Origin: Paraspadella gotoi
Taxonomy: Eukaryota > Animalia > Chaetognatha
Assembly: GCA_051294375.1 (NCBI GenBank)
Contig: CM119263.1
Span: 15,602,532-15,666,531 of the forward strand
Reading direction: 5' to 3'
Length of the DNA: 64,000 bases
The notes under the pieces are model-generated. The model was not told where the DNA came from and did not search any database. It saw only the letters and a list, made by a program, of their open reading frames with translations. The position numbers and the translations under genes were made by a program. The stretch's first letter is position 1. Each line of letters opens with the position of its first letter. Positions 24,501 to 36,869 of this stretch are shown in pieces.

Positions 24501-27387
24501 TTTGTCCCGGTACATGAGCACGGGCTCCAGCGGTTTTCCGTGAACCTCCATGCAATCGATTTCGGCCAACTCGCCTTCGAAGACGAAAATGTGATCCGTC
24601 ACAGGATCACCTTTGGTCACTGAATAAAAAAAAAAAGAATGTTTGATGTTTTATGGAGCAAAGCGGCTTAAAAGCTGTACAAACTAAATTTCAAAACACT
24701 AGAGAAGCTGTGCAAGTTGTTGTCAATTCGCAAAGATGACAACGGCAACATGAATGAAATAGTGATGAAATATTCATTATTTTCATGACAGGCCAGTGAA
24801 AATCTATAAATTCTTGATCTCTCTTGTCTTTGGGAAAAATAAGAAAAAAAGTGTAAATTTCTTTTAAAAAAGTATAAATTTTCGACTCTCCTTATTTCTC
24901 CTTACAAAAAAGGATTATAAATAAAATTAGTATATTTTTTTTGTCTAGGGAGATAAAAACCCTTCCTGCCTGAGATTGTTTTAATTGGAGAGCGACGCTG
25001 TCGTGACCCTCCTAATAGCCACGAATGAGATTTTAATTAGGCCGGTCATCAATATTCCACTCTTCTTCATGGTTGTTCAAAAAGGGGACAAGTTTAAGGT
25101 CCCAGATTTTGTATAATTTTTTGTTTAAGAGTTACAATTATTTTTAACTGATTTACTCGATAGAATATCATCGGAATAAGGGGAAAATATTGCGGCCACC
25201 GGCTAGAACCCCGAACGTTTGGGTTGGGAGGCGAATGACTTGCCTCCGGCACCAATGGCCGCTGATGAACGGTTGGTGGATTTTAGTCCACCATACAATA
25301 TATAAATTTTTTTTTCGTTTTGCGTAGAACAGGTCACTTAATATATAGTAAATTATATTTTATAGTAGGAAAATTGAAAAACCACGTCAATCGAAACACT
25401 GTGACGTTAAAAACGCGTCTACCTTTTTCCGGGATCTTAAAGTGGTCATTTTTAGTTTTTTTGGGGGAACTAGTCACGACAGTAGCGCCAGTGACGCCAG
25501 GGGCACTAGTACCAGTGGCGCCGCCAGTGGCTGTCGTGTTAAGTTTGTCATTCGTAGGAGCTTTGGTAGCGTTCGGTGACAATGAACTATTGGTGCTGAC
25601 TGTCGATGGGGCAGTCATTTGGCCGTCGGTTCGAGGAAAACTGACTTTATTTTTGTTTTTAATTAAAGAAAAAAAGGATTGTTAATTGTTTATTCCCCGA
25701 TAAATACTGCTGTTTTCAAAAAAAATTTATTGATTCATTTCTCGCTTTCACCACGAAGTTAATTATCAATGCCAATGATTAGATAATCGATAATAGAGAC
25801 ATTAATTCTAATTTCTCGAAAGGCGGGTCTTGGTTGAATTGTTAGGCGCTTGGCTGGGGAAAATGTTACATACATTTAAATAAGAGATGGTGGGTTGTTG
25901 ATTATTATCGTTTCATTTTGGATTAAAAGGTGCTAATACGTTACATAGTCTTTAATGACTCTATACAAATATTTAAGAATTTTTTTCAAATCACCAAACT
26001 AAGTGAAACATGTACGTCATCTGTCAAAGGTGAAACTGGCGTGAAAATTGTCAATTTTACCATTTTTTTTTTCACTCGGTAAAGACGTCGTAACTTCTGC
26101 GCAATGTAATCCTGCAGCACATATACAAACACATGAACTAAACCAATGTCAAATAATAATCTATAATAATCTCTTACCACTCGAAAGAATCCGTAAAAAT
26201 ACCCCAGTCTTGTAATGAAGAAAAAGTATTAAATTCATAGTTCTCCGTTATTATCTAACCGATAATGTAAGATGAGGTGCGAGTTGAAACAATTATTTTC
26301 ACAAAACTAATCGCCGACATTAATTTCAAATCCTTGTGAAATCTAAATGATACACTAACCTGTTTTTCACTAAATGGCCCCTTTCACTTTCGTTTTAAAG
26401 CTCGGCTCCTCAAATCAATCAATAAATTTAGACAATCCATTCCACTGGTAATCCCTCGTTCCCGTTTCCCTGTTTTTCTCTACCCCGTGTCCGTTCGCAA
26501 GTGACACCAAAAAAACGTACCATTTCTCATTGGTTAAATAATTGGACGAATTGTATAAAGAAAACTCAAGATTTATAATTGTGGTATAATCCTTTCGTTT
26601 CGTTGTGTAATGACAATTAGAAGAGTTTGAAATTAGTTTCAACAACGATTTATTTTATTATTAACGGACATGTTTCGGCTTAGGTACAAGCCTTAAGTTC
26701 ATCAGCGCTAAAACTTAAGGCTTGTACCTAAGCCGAAACATGTCCGTTAATAATTAAATAAATTGTTGTTGAAACTAATTTCAAACTCTTCTAAGATTTA
26801 TAATTAAAAAAATAAATAAAAATCATTACTCAGAAATTACTCAATATTATGACAATTCAGATTCGCCATTTATTAGACCAATAATAACGATTTCTTATGA
26901 TGTAAAATTTTTTTAAAATTCAATCAAGAATATGCCTAAAATGGTCTTTTTTCGCCAATTTTGCTGTGTTAGATAGAAAATGAAACAGAATAGTAAATGA
27001 ATTAAACACGAAATGAAACTTATACATAAAAAACGTCCAGTAATTCTCCAACTAATGATAAACTTATGAATTATATTTATTAAATATTTAAAGTATAGTA
27101 AAGATTTTTTTTGTGTCACTCGCGAACGGACACGGGGTAGATCAAAACGCTTTTGAAAGAACGTAATTGACCTTTTACTAATTATCATCTCGTCTCAGGG
27201 GTTTAAAATAATCGAATGAGCTCAGAACAACCGTGACACTTGCGTTAAAGTTTTTCACCGCGCCATTCACTGAGGTCAGACGTCTCCAAGGATTTTAGCC
27301 TTGGTGAATATTTCGTCCGATGTATCGATATTTACCTGAGACGAGTAGCGACATCAGGAGAAGGCAGATTTTCGGATGAGATCCCAT
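18570..27387 (-). CDS. Immunoglobulin-superfamily type I membrane (cell-adhesion-like) protein: signal peptide, S/T-rich segment, ~5 Ig domains, TM, acidic tail
   Basis: Signal exon MGSHPKICLLLMSLLVS (27387-27336); S/T-rich exon (~25640-25404). Ig signatures: VFEGELAEIDC..ASEAGEYEC, EHNGTTLTC, VKRGDKLAVKCTA, ATEGDELNFTCKS..FHGKSLICQAKN, VDIDCTVSAFPAPTYAW..NAGVYECTAKN. TM VAAIVVPIIIVLIIIAAVIVALYLMKKR (~19246-19137). The last exon ends ..PQESPV*. Confidence 0.85.
23860..24190. repeat. AT-rich dispersed repeat related to the interior of the 31632-32191 element
   Basis: It shares the motifs AAAATTC.TTCATTAAGT.GGT.AAAAA and ATCAACTTTT.ACGAGGAAT with 31880-32015. Confidence 0.45.
25192..25262 (-). 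pseudogene. tRNA-like element (tRNA-Gly(CCC)-like pseudogene or SINE head) in an intron
   Basis: 71 nt with a perfect 7-bp acceptor stem GCGGCCA/TGGCCGC, an A-box-like TGGTGCCGGAGG, TCGCCTCCCA as in tRNA-Gly(CCC), and a B-box-like GGTTCTAGCC. The anticodon stem does not pair. Confidence 0.55.
26581..26794 (-). mobile_element. Fold-back Penelope-like insert with a hammerhead ribozyme motif, in intron 1 of the Ig gene
   Basis: Near-perfect palindrome 26617-26794. The minus strand reads TTAGCG-CTGATGA-acttaa-GGCTT-gtacct-AAGCC-GAAA-CAT-GTC-CGTTAA, and stem I TTAGCG/CGTTAA pairs. A 13-bp direct repeat AAGATTTATAATT lies at 26568-26580 and 26793-26805. Confidence 0.75.
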
Positions 27388-27639
27388 TTTTTTCAGAGTT
27401 TTACTAATTTCCTTAAAAAGAGAATGTCACACAACGAAGCTTTTTTTGATCGTTTTTTGATTTTTGCTGAGAGTCGTTTCAACGAATCGCTTTTATTCCG
27501 TTACTATTTCTCTTTTTTTTCCCCTTGTCTCCGTATTTACATCTGAAAAAAGAAGAAGAATCTCAGAATTAAAAAAAAAAAAGAAAGAAAAAACGAACAA
27601 ACGCGTTGACCTTCCTGTTGAGGCGGGCTGCCGGAGAGT

Positions 27640-27676
<37 letters not shown>

Positions 27677-27704
27677 AGAGGAGAGAGGAGAGAGAGAGAG
27701 AGAG

Positions 27705-27735
<31 letters not shown>

Positions 27736-28137
27736 AGAGAGAGAAACGAGAGGGATTCAAATAACCATTTTTAAAATGTATTAACAAGAACCTAATTGGA
27801 TTTAATTGAGTAAAACGAAGAAAAAAGTAGAAAAGAAAAAAAAAAGACAGCGAAAAGTGACAAAAAATTATTAAGAGACAGAACAGGAAGAAAGCGAAGA
27901 ACTTATAAAATGGATGAGGGTAAAAAAGTTCAAAAAAACTATAAATTATGATTTTGACGAAAAGAAAGAAAAGATCAGCAAGTCCTTTAAGACGGGACCG
28001 AGTTTTTCTATATTTGCAAAATATGTATTGTTGATTCTTAATTATATCTTAATTTGTTTTTTTATTTAATGTTTTTTTTTTCTCTTTCTGTCTTCCCTTC
28101 AATCTCGGTATTTATTTAAAAAGTTTTTTCGAGAATT

Positions 28138-28385
28138 CTTAAATGATAAAATTTTGTTTTGTTTTCAGACAACGAAATTTATTTTTATTGTTAATAATAA
28201 AAAAGGACGTGTTTCGGCTATAATTCTAGCCTTCATCAGCGCAAAATTTGATTTATATATATTTTTATACATAACCGAAACATCTCCGTTTTTATAATTA
28301 AGCAAACAAAAATAAATTTCGTTGTCTGAAAACCAAACAAAATTTTATCATTTAAGGCTAACTACGCAACGAAAAGAAAGACATT
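28138..28385 (-). mobile_element. Second fold-back Penelope-like insert with a hammerhead core
   Basis: Imperfect palindrome 28138-28356. Minus strand 28242-28205 reads CTGATGA-A-GGCTA-gaatta-TAGCC-GAAA-CAC-GTC. The tail ACTACGCAACGAAAAGAAAG resembles the tail of the 26.6-kb copy. Confidence 0.7.
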
Positions 28386-28742
28386 GTTTAAAACTTTAAA
28401 TATTCTGAGCCCAACGAATTATTTATATGCTGGCTTGACGAACAGTATTAAATTAGGCTATGACTAAATCGTTAAGACTAGATATGTCATGAGGAAGAGG
28501 CTACTTGCCTATGAAAGCAATATGGATGACTCGCTATTTAAAATTAAAAGCCAGAAATAGCATTTAAGAAATGGAGGATCTCATCTGAAAAATCAAAGCA
28601 AAAAACACGCGATAATCTGCGGCCCGATTTGCTCCGTTGCTCTTATCCAATTTAATTGTGTCCGTTAGGTTTTCAATTGTAGAAGAGACGCCGTATTTAA
28701 GAAGCGCGATCCTTAGCTCTGTCTCCGGTTTTAAGGCGCGTC

Positions 28743-28827
<85 letters not shown>

Positions 28828-29513
28828 CACAATGATGTATGGTTTAACCGACGGTCCGACGTTCATGCACGTTGTAAAACATTTCATTCGAAAAAAACTA
28901 TGCATTGTTTATTTGTTGTCTCGATGTTTTAGTTGTTAGTCATTTTAGTTCCGGATGATTCGAAACTTGCTTGGTCACATTTATAAAGTTGACTTATACT
29001 AAATTCCACAATCCACATTTCAAATATATATGACTTTTTTTTTTCTTTTTACAACGACTGGTTCGAAACACGCGACGATTCCAAGATGGATGATGTATTT
29101 TTTATCCACAAGAACTTTTTTTTTCGATCTTCGTCTCGAAAGTAGTTAAATCGCTGTTCATCAACCTTCATCGAAAAGCTCCATCGTTATTCCACCGATG
29201 ATCAAAGGATGAAAAAGAAAATTTTCCGAAAAAAAAAGGCATCGGCGGTGGGAGGACGAGAGCATACTTCGGTAAACTGGTTGCTCTCTCTTATTCTCTC
29301 TTTCTATTTTCTCTCTCTCTCGCTCTCTCCAACCGGTGAACTTAATAACGCAAGAGTTCAATCGGTAGAGAAAGAATGTCACCTTCCGTCGGCGCTTCTG
29401 ATTGGTTCATTCGATTGTCATCGCTCGTCCATGATCGTACTCTCATTGGTCAACTCCTCGATCGACGACCTCATATCGGGGGCGTCTCAAAGATAAAAAA
29501 AAAATTAGGAATA

Positions 29514-29586
<73 letters not shown>

Positions 29587-29696
29587 GACCCCATGCGGGC
29601 CGAGTTACGGGGGTTGTGGACGCCGAACCACTTGGCGGGCGTGTGAAGTTCTTTTCTCCACCAGTATAAGAGAAACAGTTATCAAAAGAAGAAAAC

Positions 29697-29748
<52 letters not shown>

Positions 29749-29765
29749 CTCTCTCTCTCTTCTCT

Positions 29766-29799
<34 letters not shown>

Positions 29800-30535
29800 C
29801 TTATTAGAGTTATACGATTTTTTCGCATGCCGTTAGAACCCCCAAAAACAAGGCAACAGAAAGATTGAACACGAAATGAGAGAAAGGCGAGAGGCAGAAA
29901 CGCGTTTAAACGTTTGCAATATTGCAAAGGCTCCGGTTCGATTGATTTTCGGCAAAACAGGATGATCTCATCCTTTTTGTAGATTTTCAGTTTACAGATT
30001 GCTGATTCACGAAATAGAAGAAGAATGAAAGAATGGAGTCCTCGAGCCAAACATCAAATTAAAATACAAAATAAGATTCGTTGCGCTCATAATCCCCCCC
30101 AATCTCCCTACTTGAAAATACAGAACACCATAAGGGCCCGCGTCACGCGGGCCGATGACGCATCTACCGCAATAAAATTAATTAGCTTATCAAAATAAGA
30201 GTCGCCGGACAAGTCGAGAATAATTGCGCTCGCCCTCTGGGCAAAAAAGTCTGCCCAAATTCAATTCCCCTGATTCTGTTACATTCGCCCCAATTTCTCA
30301 TTCTCTCTCTCTCTATCTCCTCTCCTCTCTCTCTCTCTCTCTCTCCTCTCTCATCTCTCTCTCTCTCTCTGCTGTCCCTTCCTCAGTGCCAGCGATTTTA
30401 TCGGTGTTGTTATGGTACGCCCTAATAACGGTCGCGCCTTTGTGTCAATTTTCACTCTCTCCTCTCTTCTCTCTTCGTCTCTCTCTCTCTCTCTCCTGCT
30501 CTCTCTCTCTCTCCTCTCTCTCTCCTCTCTCTTCT

Positions 30536-30567
<32 letters not shown>

Positions 30568-31631
30568 CAGTTCTCACACTCTTCATCTCTCCGTCTCTAC
30601 AATCTTTTCCGCATCTGAACTCATCTGAGGGGGGAAAATCTTTTTTTTTTGACGTTAAATGTTATTTTAATTGATTTATTTTCGAATGAAAATAAGAGTT
30701 CAATACATGGATCCAGTTTTTCTCCCCAATTCTGCCGGTTTTAAAACTAAATTTAGATCGATAAAAACATCGACGGGTCGCGCGTTGTTACTTTTTTTTT
30801 TCTTTCAAGAATGATACGGGGATCTAGGGTGGCAGAGCCTCGTCCGTCTGCCCTTGCTTCCTTCCCTTAACGAATTCGAAGGAGAGATTCTTTATTTCTC
30901 TCGTTCCGTCGCGAATGTGGGTGAAAGTTGAGTCGATCGTCGCCGAAACGAGGATGCGTGGAAGGGTCACGTGACCAAGCGACCACGTGAACGAGGACAT
31001 CGTCGAGGGATTGACGAATTTAAAATTCATCGCCGAGAATGAGCGACGATGTGAAAGAGAAAAATCTTGGTTTTAAAAAGCGAAGACGACGACGACGATG
31101 ACGAAGATCGAAACAGATTCGATTCGTTCGGCGATTAAACATATTTTTTTCAAGAATGAAAAAAAAAATATTCCGAGAAGTCTTTTTAGTTCCATAACAA
31201 TATCCAGAAAGTTCTCGTGTCAAGGGCGTTTTGAATCGTGGGTAAGTTTATCGTTTCCGCGTCGAAATGACTGGCGGTCGACGGGGGTTAGTCACATCGC
31301 TGGAGCGACCTCCCCTTTCGCCTCGATCCCCCGCCAATTCGACCCCTTAACGAAATGGGATCGCGAAATCGAAAAGAAATTCGGAGGTCGCAAATCCGGA
31401 TTAGCCTCGCCGCAAATCCGCTCGATCAACCTCCACCTTTGGATTTAGTCACCACCAATATGTGTTGTGTATATTTGAAAATTGATGGCGGAGGAGGTGG
31501 ACGCGCGTCCGGGGATTGGCCCAGCGCGACCGGTTTTCTATTTTCTGGGATTTTGATTGGCTCGAGATCTGTCGAGAGGCTAATTTCGATTGAGAATCGC
31601 GTTCATTACGTCGTTCAACGGTTAGAGAGTA

Positions 31632-32191
31632 AGGCGTAGTAAAATTTCTAAATTTAACTTTAATTAAAATTCTAAAAGTGAGGAACGAACAACATTATAT
31701 TAATGAACATTTTTGTATAAAAAAAAATTTTAATAAATTTTACAATTTACGCAGTAGGCCATATTTATACTAGTATTAATCCAATAAATGTTAAAATTTC
31801 AAAACAGTTTTTTAAAGATTTTTTTGCAGATTTGGATTTGTCATAAAAAGTTGATCAAAAGAAATATAACTCTTTTTGAAAAATTCCTTCATTAAGTGGG
31901 TCAAAAATTATAAAAAACTATATTTTAAGCTGAAAATTTACTTTTAACCCTTTTAATGAAAGAATTTTTAAAAATAATTAATATTTTCTTTTATCAACTT
32001 TTGACGAGGAATTCAAATCTGCAATCAAAATTAAGAAAAGCCTATTTTGAAATTTTTCGATTTTATAAGGATAGCCTACTGCGAAAATTAAAAAAACATA
32101 AAATTAATTTTTTTTACAAATTAATGTTTACTGATGATATGTTGTTCATAATTTACTTTTAGAATTTCCGTACGTAACTTTCACTACGCCT
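31632..32191. mobile_element. MITE with ~15-bp TIRs and TA flanks
   Basis: TA|AGGCGTAGTAAAATTT ... ACTTTCACTACGCCT|TA. An internal inverted pair GCAGATTTGGATTTGTCATAAAAAGTTGAT / ATCAACTTTTGACGAGGAATTCAAATCTGC is also present. Confidence 0.6.
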
Positions 32192-34293
32192 TATTAGAGA
32201 GGGAGAGAGAGAGAGGGAGAGAGAGAGAGAGATTCGGGGTCACCTGTCAATGAGACAGTCTAATTCGAATGCGCAAACGACAACAACTACGATTCCGACA
32301 ACAGTGAACTCGCGATGAAAACCGGCAATAATGAAATTATGCGATGTGTCATTTGATGAAGCAGAAGATGAAGCAGAAAAATCGCGTTGGACGCGAAGTC
32401 AATCTCAAAATGATATGCGTTTCCTTTTCGTCCAAAACGACGACCGACGGTTATTTTGAATGGATGGAGATTGACTGTAAGAAGAAGCGACGGACGGAAG
32501 AATAGGATGGTCGATCGCAGGTGCGAGTGGACCGCTTTGGGTCAAGGGTCATCGGTCACTGAAGAGTCTCTTGAATAAAAAAAAAAAAGGCCGGTGATTC
32601 CCCGTTTCCTCTTCGCGATCGTAAATTGCTCCTTTGTCGCTTTCACGGGTCATTTTCTTTTGATTAGAGATGACGTCGAATTTTTTTTGAAGACGAAAGA
32701 GAAAATGCACAAAATATAAGAGTAGAAGATTAGTTCTTTTCCTTGCATAGATGAAAGCACATTGTATAACAACGTGTAAGAGTCTTCAAGAAGAAGAAAG
32801 AAAGAAACGAAAGAAAGATAAGAAGAAAGAAGAAAGAACAGGAAGAAAGGAAAGAAAGAAAGAAGAAGAAAGAAAGGAAAGAACAGAAGAAGAATAGAAA
32901 GAAACCGAAAGAGAAGAAAGAAAGAAAGAAAGAAATAAAGAAAAACAAAAGAAATAAAGAAAAAAAGAAAAGAAAGAAAAGAAAGTAAAGAGAAGAACAA
33001 GAAAGAAGAAAGAAAGAAAGAAGAAAGAAAGACAAGGAGAGAAAAGAGAGGGGCAGAGGACGAGAGATAGAGAAAGAGAGAGTGTTATATAAAGTTTGTG
33101 TCTAAACAAAGAGAAGTATGCGTCTGAAGAAAATGGCCGCCTAAACAATGCTTCGCTTGCGCGCAGTCGGGAAGCGTCTCTGCCGCGAGGCCGGTTCAAC
33201 CACTTTTCCATAACTGAAAACCGGCAGCGATCCCAGCGATCCGGTTAGCTCGCTNNNNNNNNNNNNNNNNNNNNNNNNNNNNNNNNNNNNNNNNNNNNNN
33301 NNNNNNNNNNNNNNNNNNNNNNNNNNNNNNNNNNNNNNNNNNNNNNNNNNNNNNNNNNNNNNNNNNNNNNNNNNNNNNNNNNNNNNNNNNNNNNNNNNNN
33401 NNNNNNNNNNNNNNNNNNNNNNNNNNNNNNNNNNNNNNNNNNNNAAAAACATGTTGGTAGTGTCATCTCCCGGCAGAGTTCAGAGAGAGAGAGAGAGAAA
33501 GAGAAAATCGTCAATACTGACTAGAAATGGGAAAAGGCAACCACAGGAATTGAGATTGAAGAAAAACAATTCCTACATTTGCGACTCATGCGTCTTCATT
33601 TTCGTAGGAGCGTCCTTTTTCTTGTTTTTTTTTCTTTTTCTTCTTTTTTAAAATTTGTTTCCGTTTATTTTCGTTCTTCGTCCTTCATTTTTGTATATAA
33701 TTTTTTTTTTCCGATCAGAACCAAAAATGAAAATAAAAATAAAAAGAATTAATGAACGCCGACTTTGGAGGGAACTCGGATCGCGCGCGGAGGGAAGAGG
33801 AAAAGCTCGACCAGGGAGGAAGGAAAAAGAGGAGGAAGAGGAGGAGGGATCGGGGAAAAAAGTAGAGAGAATACCGAGTGTAATGTGGTTGAAAAGAGAA
33901 GATGTAGTAAAAGGAGAAAAAGTTGGAAGAGATGTAGAAAAAGGGAGCCAGTCGGCAAATATCAGGAAAGGGGGGAGTTGAAGAAATCATAGTATCGAAT
34001 ATGAAAGGGAAAAGTGTTACTGTAACGGATAAAGAAAGAATCGGATGGCATCAAAGGGGCGGGAGAAGAAAAAGGGAAAAAAAAAACCACTTTTTGCATC
34101 TGACCAAAAGACATTCTTTTGCAAGCTCTCTCTCTCTCCCTCTCTCTTTCTCCCTTTTTCGCTCTCTTGCTTTCGCTTACGACACCATAAAGATAGAGAA
34201 AGAAATGACGCTGCAGAATCTGCAACGGGGGGTCCATCGATGACGCCAAAATAGGGCGGACTGCGGATTGATGGCATTGGCCGCAGTGACGTT

Positions 34294-34342
34294 AGTGATG
34301 GCAATGATGGAAGTGATGAAAGTGATGGCAATGATGGAAGTG
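34294..34342 (+). repeat. 9-bp-period tandem repeat (GTGATGGCA/ATGATGGAA) running into an N-gap
   Basis: GTGATGGCAATGATGGAAGTGATGAAAGTGATGGCAATGATGGAAGTG followed by Ns. Confidence 0.6.
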
Positions 34343-35544
34343 NNNNNNNNNNNNNNNNNNNNNNNNNNNNNNNNNNNNNNNNNNNNNNNNNNNNNNNNNN
34401 NNNNNNNNNNNNNNNNNNNNNNNNNNNNNNNNNNNNNNNNNNNNNNNNNNNNNNNNNNNNNNNNNNNNNNNNNNNNNNNNNNNNNNNNNNNNNNNNNNNN
34501 NNNNNNNNNNNNNNNNNNNNNNNNNNNNNNNNNNNNNNNNNNNNNNNNNNNNNNNNNNNNNNNNNNNNNNNNNNNNNNNNNNNNNNNNNNNNNNNNNNNN
34601 NNNNAGAGAGAGAGAGAGAGAGAGAGAAGACAGGGACAGATATCATTTTGGGGTTTGGCCGACCCAGAAGGAAAAGCTGAAAAAATTATTCTGAGCCAAT
34701 TATGAAAACTTGAAAATTGAAAGTTCGAACCAAACCCCAACTTACAAACTGTAAAATTGTATTAGAATATATTGAGCTGCTGTCTTAACGGAAGATTTGG
34801 TGCCCTCCATTTTTCAGCGCACGAAATGTCCAGGCCGCAAGAAAAAAAAATCAAAAACTCAATGACCGCCGGTGGTTGGTAAGCCTTGGCTAAGGGGTCA
34901 TCCTGTGCTCCATTAAAGCCGTCGCTTCTAGTACCAAAATTAATTTACAAGTAACCGGTCATGACCTAGTTTCATAACAAAATTAATGTTCAAACGTAAA
35001 ATTTCGGTTTTTATGCGCTACTACGTGAAAATTATTTTGTTGCGGTTTGGTTTCTAAAAAAAAAAGAAGAAAGAAAAAAGTAGTCAACGTTATAAAAAAT
35101 TGCATGTACATTGAACAGTTATTTATGAGATCTTTTTAATAGTAGCTCAGATGAGCAATATTCGTCCTAAATAGCGAAGCCAAAAGAAAGGGTATTAATT
35201 TGGAGAATGGATTTAAAAAAAAAAAACGGATAAATAACTCATTTTAGTTTTTATCTAATTCTTTATCATTTTTAATTACGCTCGAAACTTTAATAATACA
35301 GACGAGATCCCGGGGACTGCGGGGACGCGGTCGAAGCGTCTCACGGCGTCCCTTAGATTAAATTAATGCAAATTAAACTGAACAGTTCGATCGGATTAAT
35401 TAATTCGAAAAAATGAAAATAGCGAAGAAACGTAAAACCAAAAATTTTGTCCAATAATATTTTTTTTTAGAGAATGAATTCTATTTTAACGATTCAGCGA
35501 CAGAAGGGATATCTAGTCACGCAAGAATTAATTGAAAACCGTTG

Positions 35545-35637
<93 letters not shown>

Positions 35638-35825
35638 GGAGTGCCGGGAAAGACTTGGATTTTAAATTTTGAACGTTTTGGTTTGTGTCTTTTTAAACCC
35701 TCTTTTTAAATTTTAATTTAAAATAAAATTAAAATTAACTCAACAAAAATGAAATTGTGTTTTTGTGGGAGAGACATCGGTTTCAAAAGAGAGGGAGGAT
35801 TTTGGAACGTTTAGCCACGTTTTTC

Positions 35826-35858
<33 letters not shown>

Positions 35859-35977
35859 GACATCGTCATTCGAGTCAACGTCGCTTTCGTCATCCCTGAC
35901 TTCGTCTGGTCTCTCCGATTTTTTCTTTCCTATTTTTTTATTTTTTTGATCCTGCAAATTATATTTGAGTCAGTTTG

Positions 35978-36021
<44 letters not shown>

Positions 36022-36869
36022 CATATTTACGGTTATATTAATTAAATGGCATCGACTCTGCTCCTGTTGACTTTTCGGGTTGGAGATCAACGAACGAGTT
36101 TGTAATGTTGGTTATCTAACAAATTACATTTTTCCCTCCCGTTTTATTCATTAGTCAAACAAAAAATAACAAACCAAAAAAAGTACTTGTTTTTGGAGAT
36201 GTTAGAATGAAATGTGTTAATCAATTTCATAAAGTTTAGCATCTTGAACACAAACGGTAGTTGTATTTGTCAACAATAATATAATACATTTTAGGCATCA
36301 AAACAACAAAAATATTTGATACAAACATTTTCGTGAAACGAAAACTATCAGAGAAAACGGTTAATATTAGATTTATTTTATTAATACTCGAGGTAAAGAA
36401 TTATCACTAATTCTAAAAATTTTAAAACGAAAAAAGTAAACAATATACTGCCTATCGTAAGGATTCAGGATTTCAACGCATAGTCTGACAAACTGAAAAG
36501 TGTGAATTGTCTTGGTTAATTTTGATGTGACAAGACAGGCAGAGGAGAACTCCGAAATTTTCTTATGAGTTATGTTTTGTTAGTTTATTTATCTAATATT
36601 TAGTGCTCGGCAAACGACAAACGACAAACGACTAAAATATCGTATTTGAAGTTGAATAGCGGTCATTCTAAAATTACCAATGACCGATACGCATCAAAGA
36701 GAGAGTTTTAGAACAATCATATGTATTAACTCATTGTTTACCCGTGATCCTAAACCGAATTAATCTCTAAACGAAATGTTAAAAATTGAGAAACTAGGGC
36801 CGAGAGTTGGCCACTTGAGTCTCCAACAAAGCGACAGTGGGCGTGGCAGACGTGGCTCTCGTTCAGGAA

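Noticed and set aside
25262-25268. Additional CTGATGA as a hammerhead core
   Set aside because: There is no downstream stem II with GAAAC..GTC, and it simply abuts the tRNA-like element.
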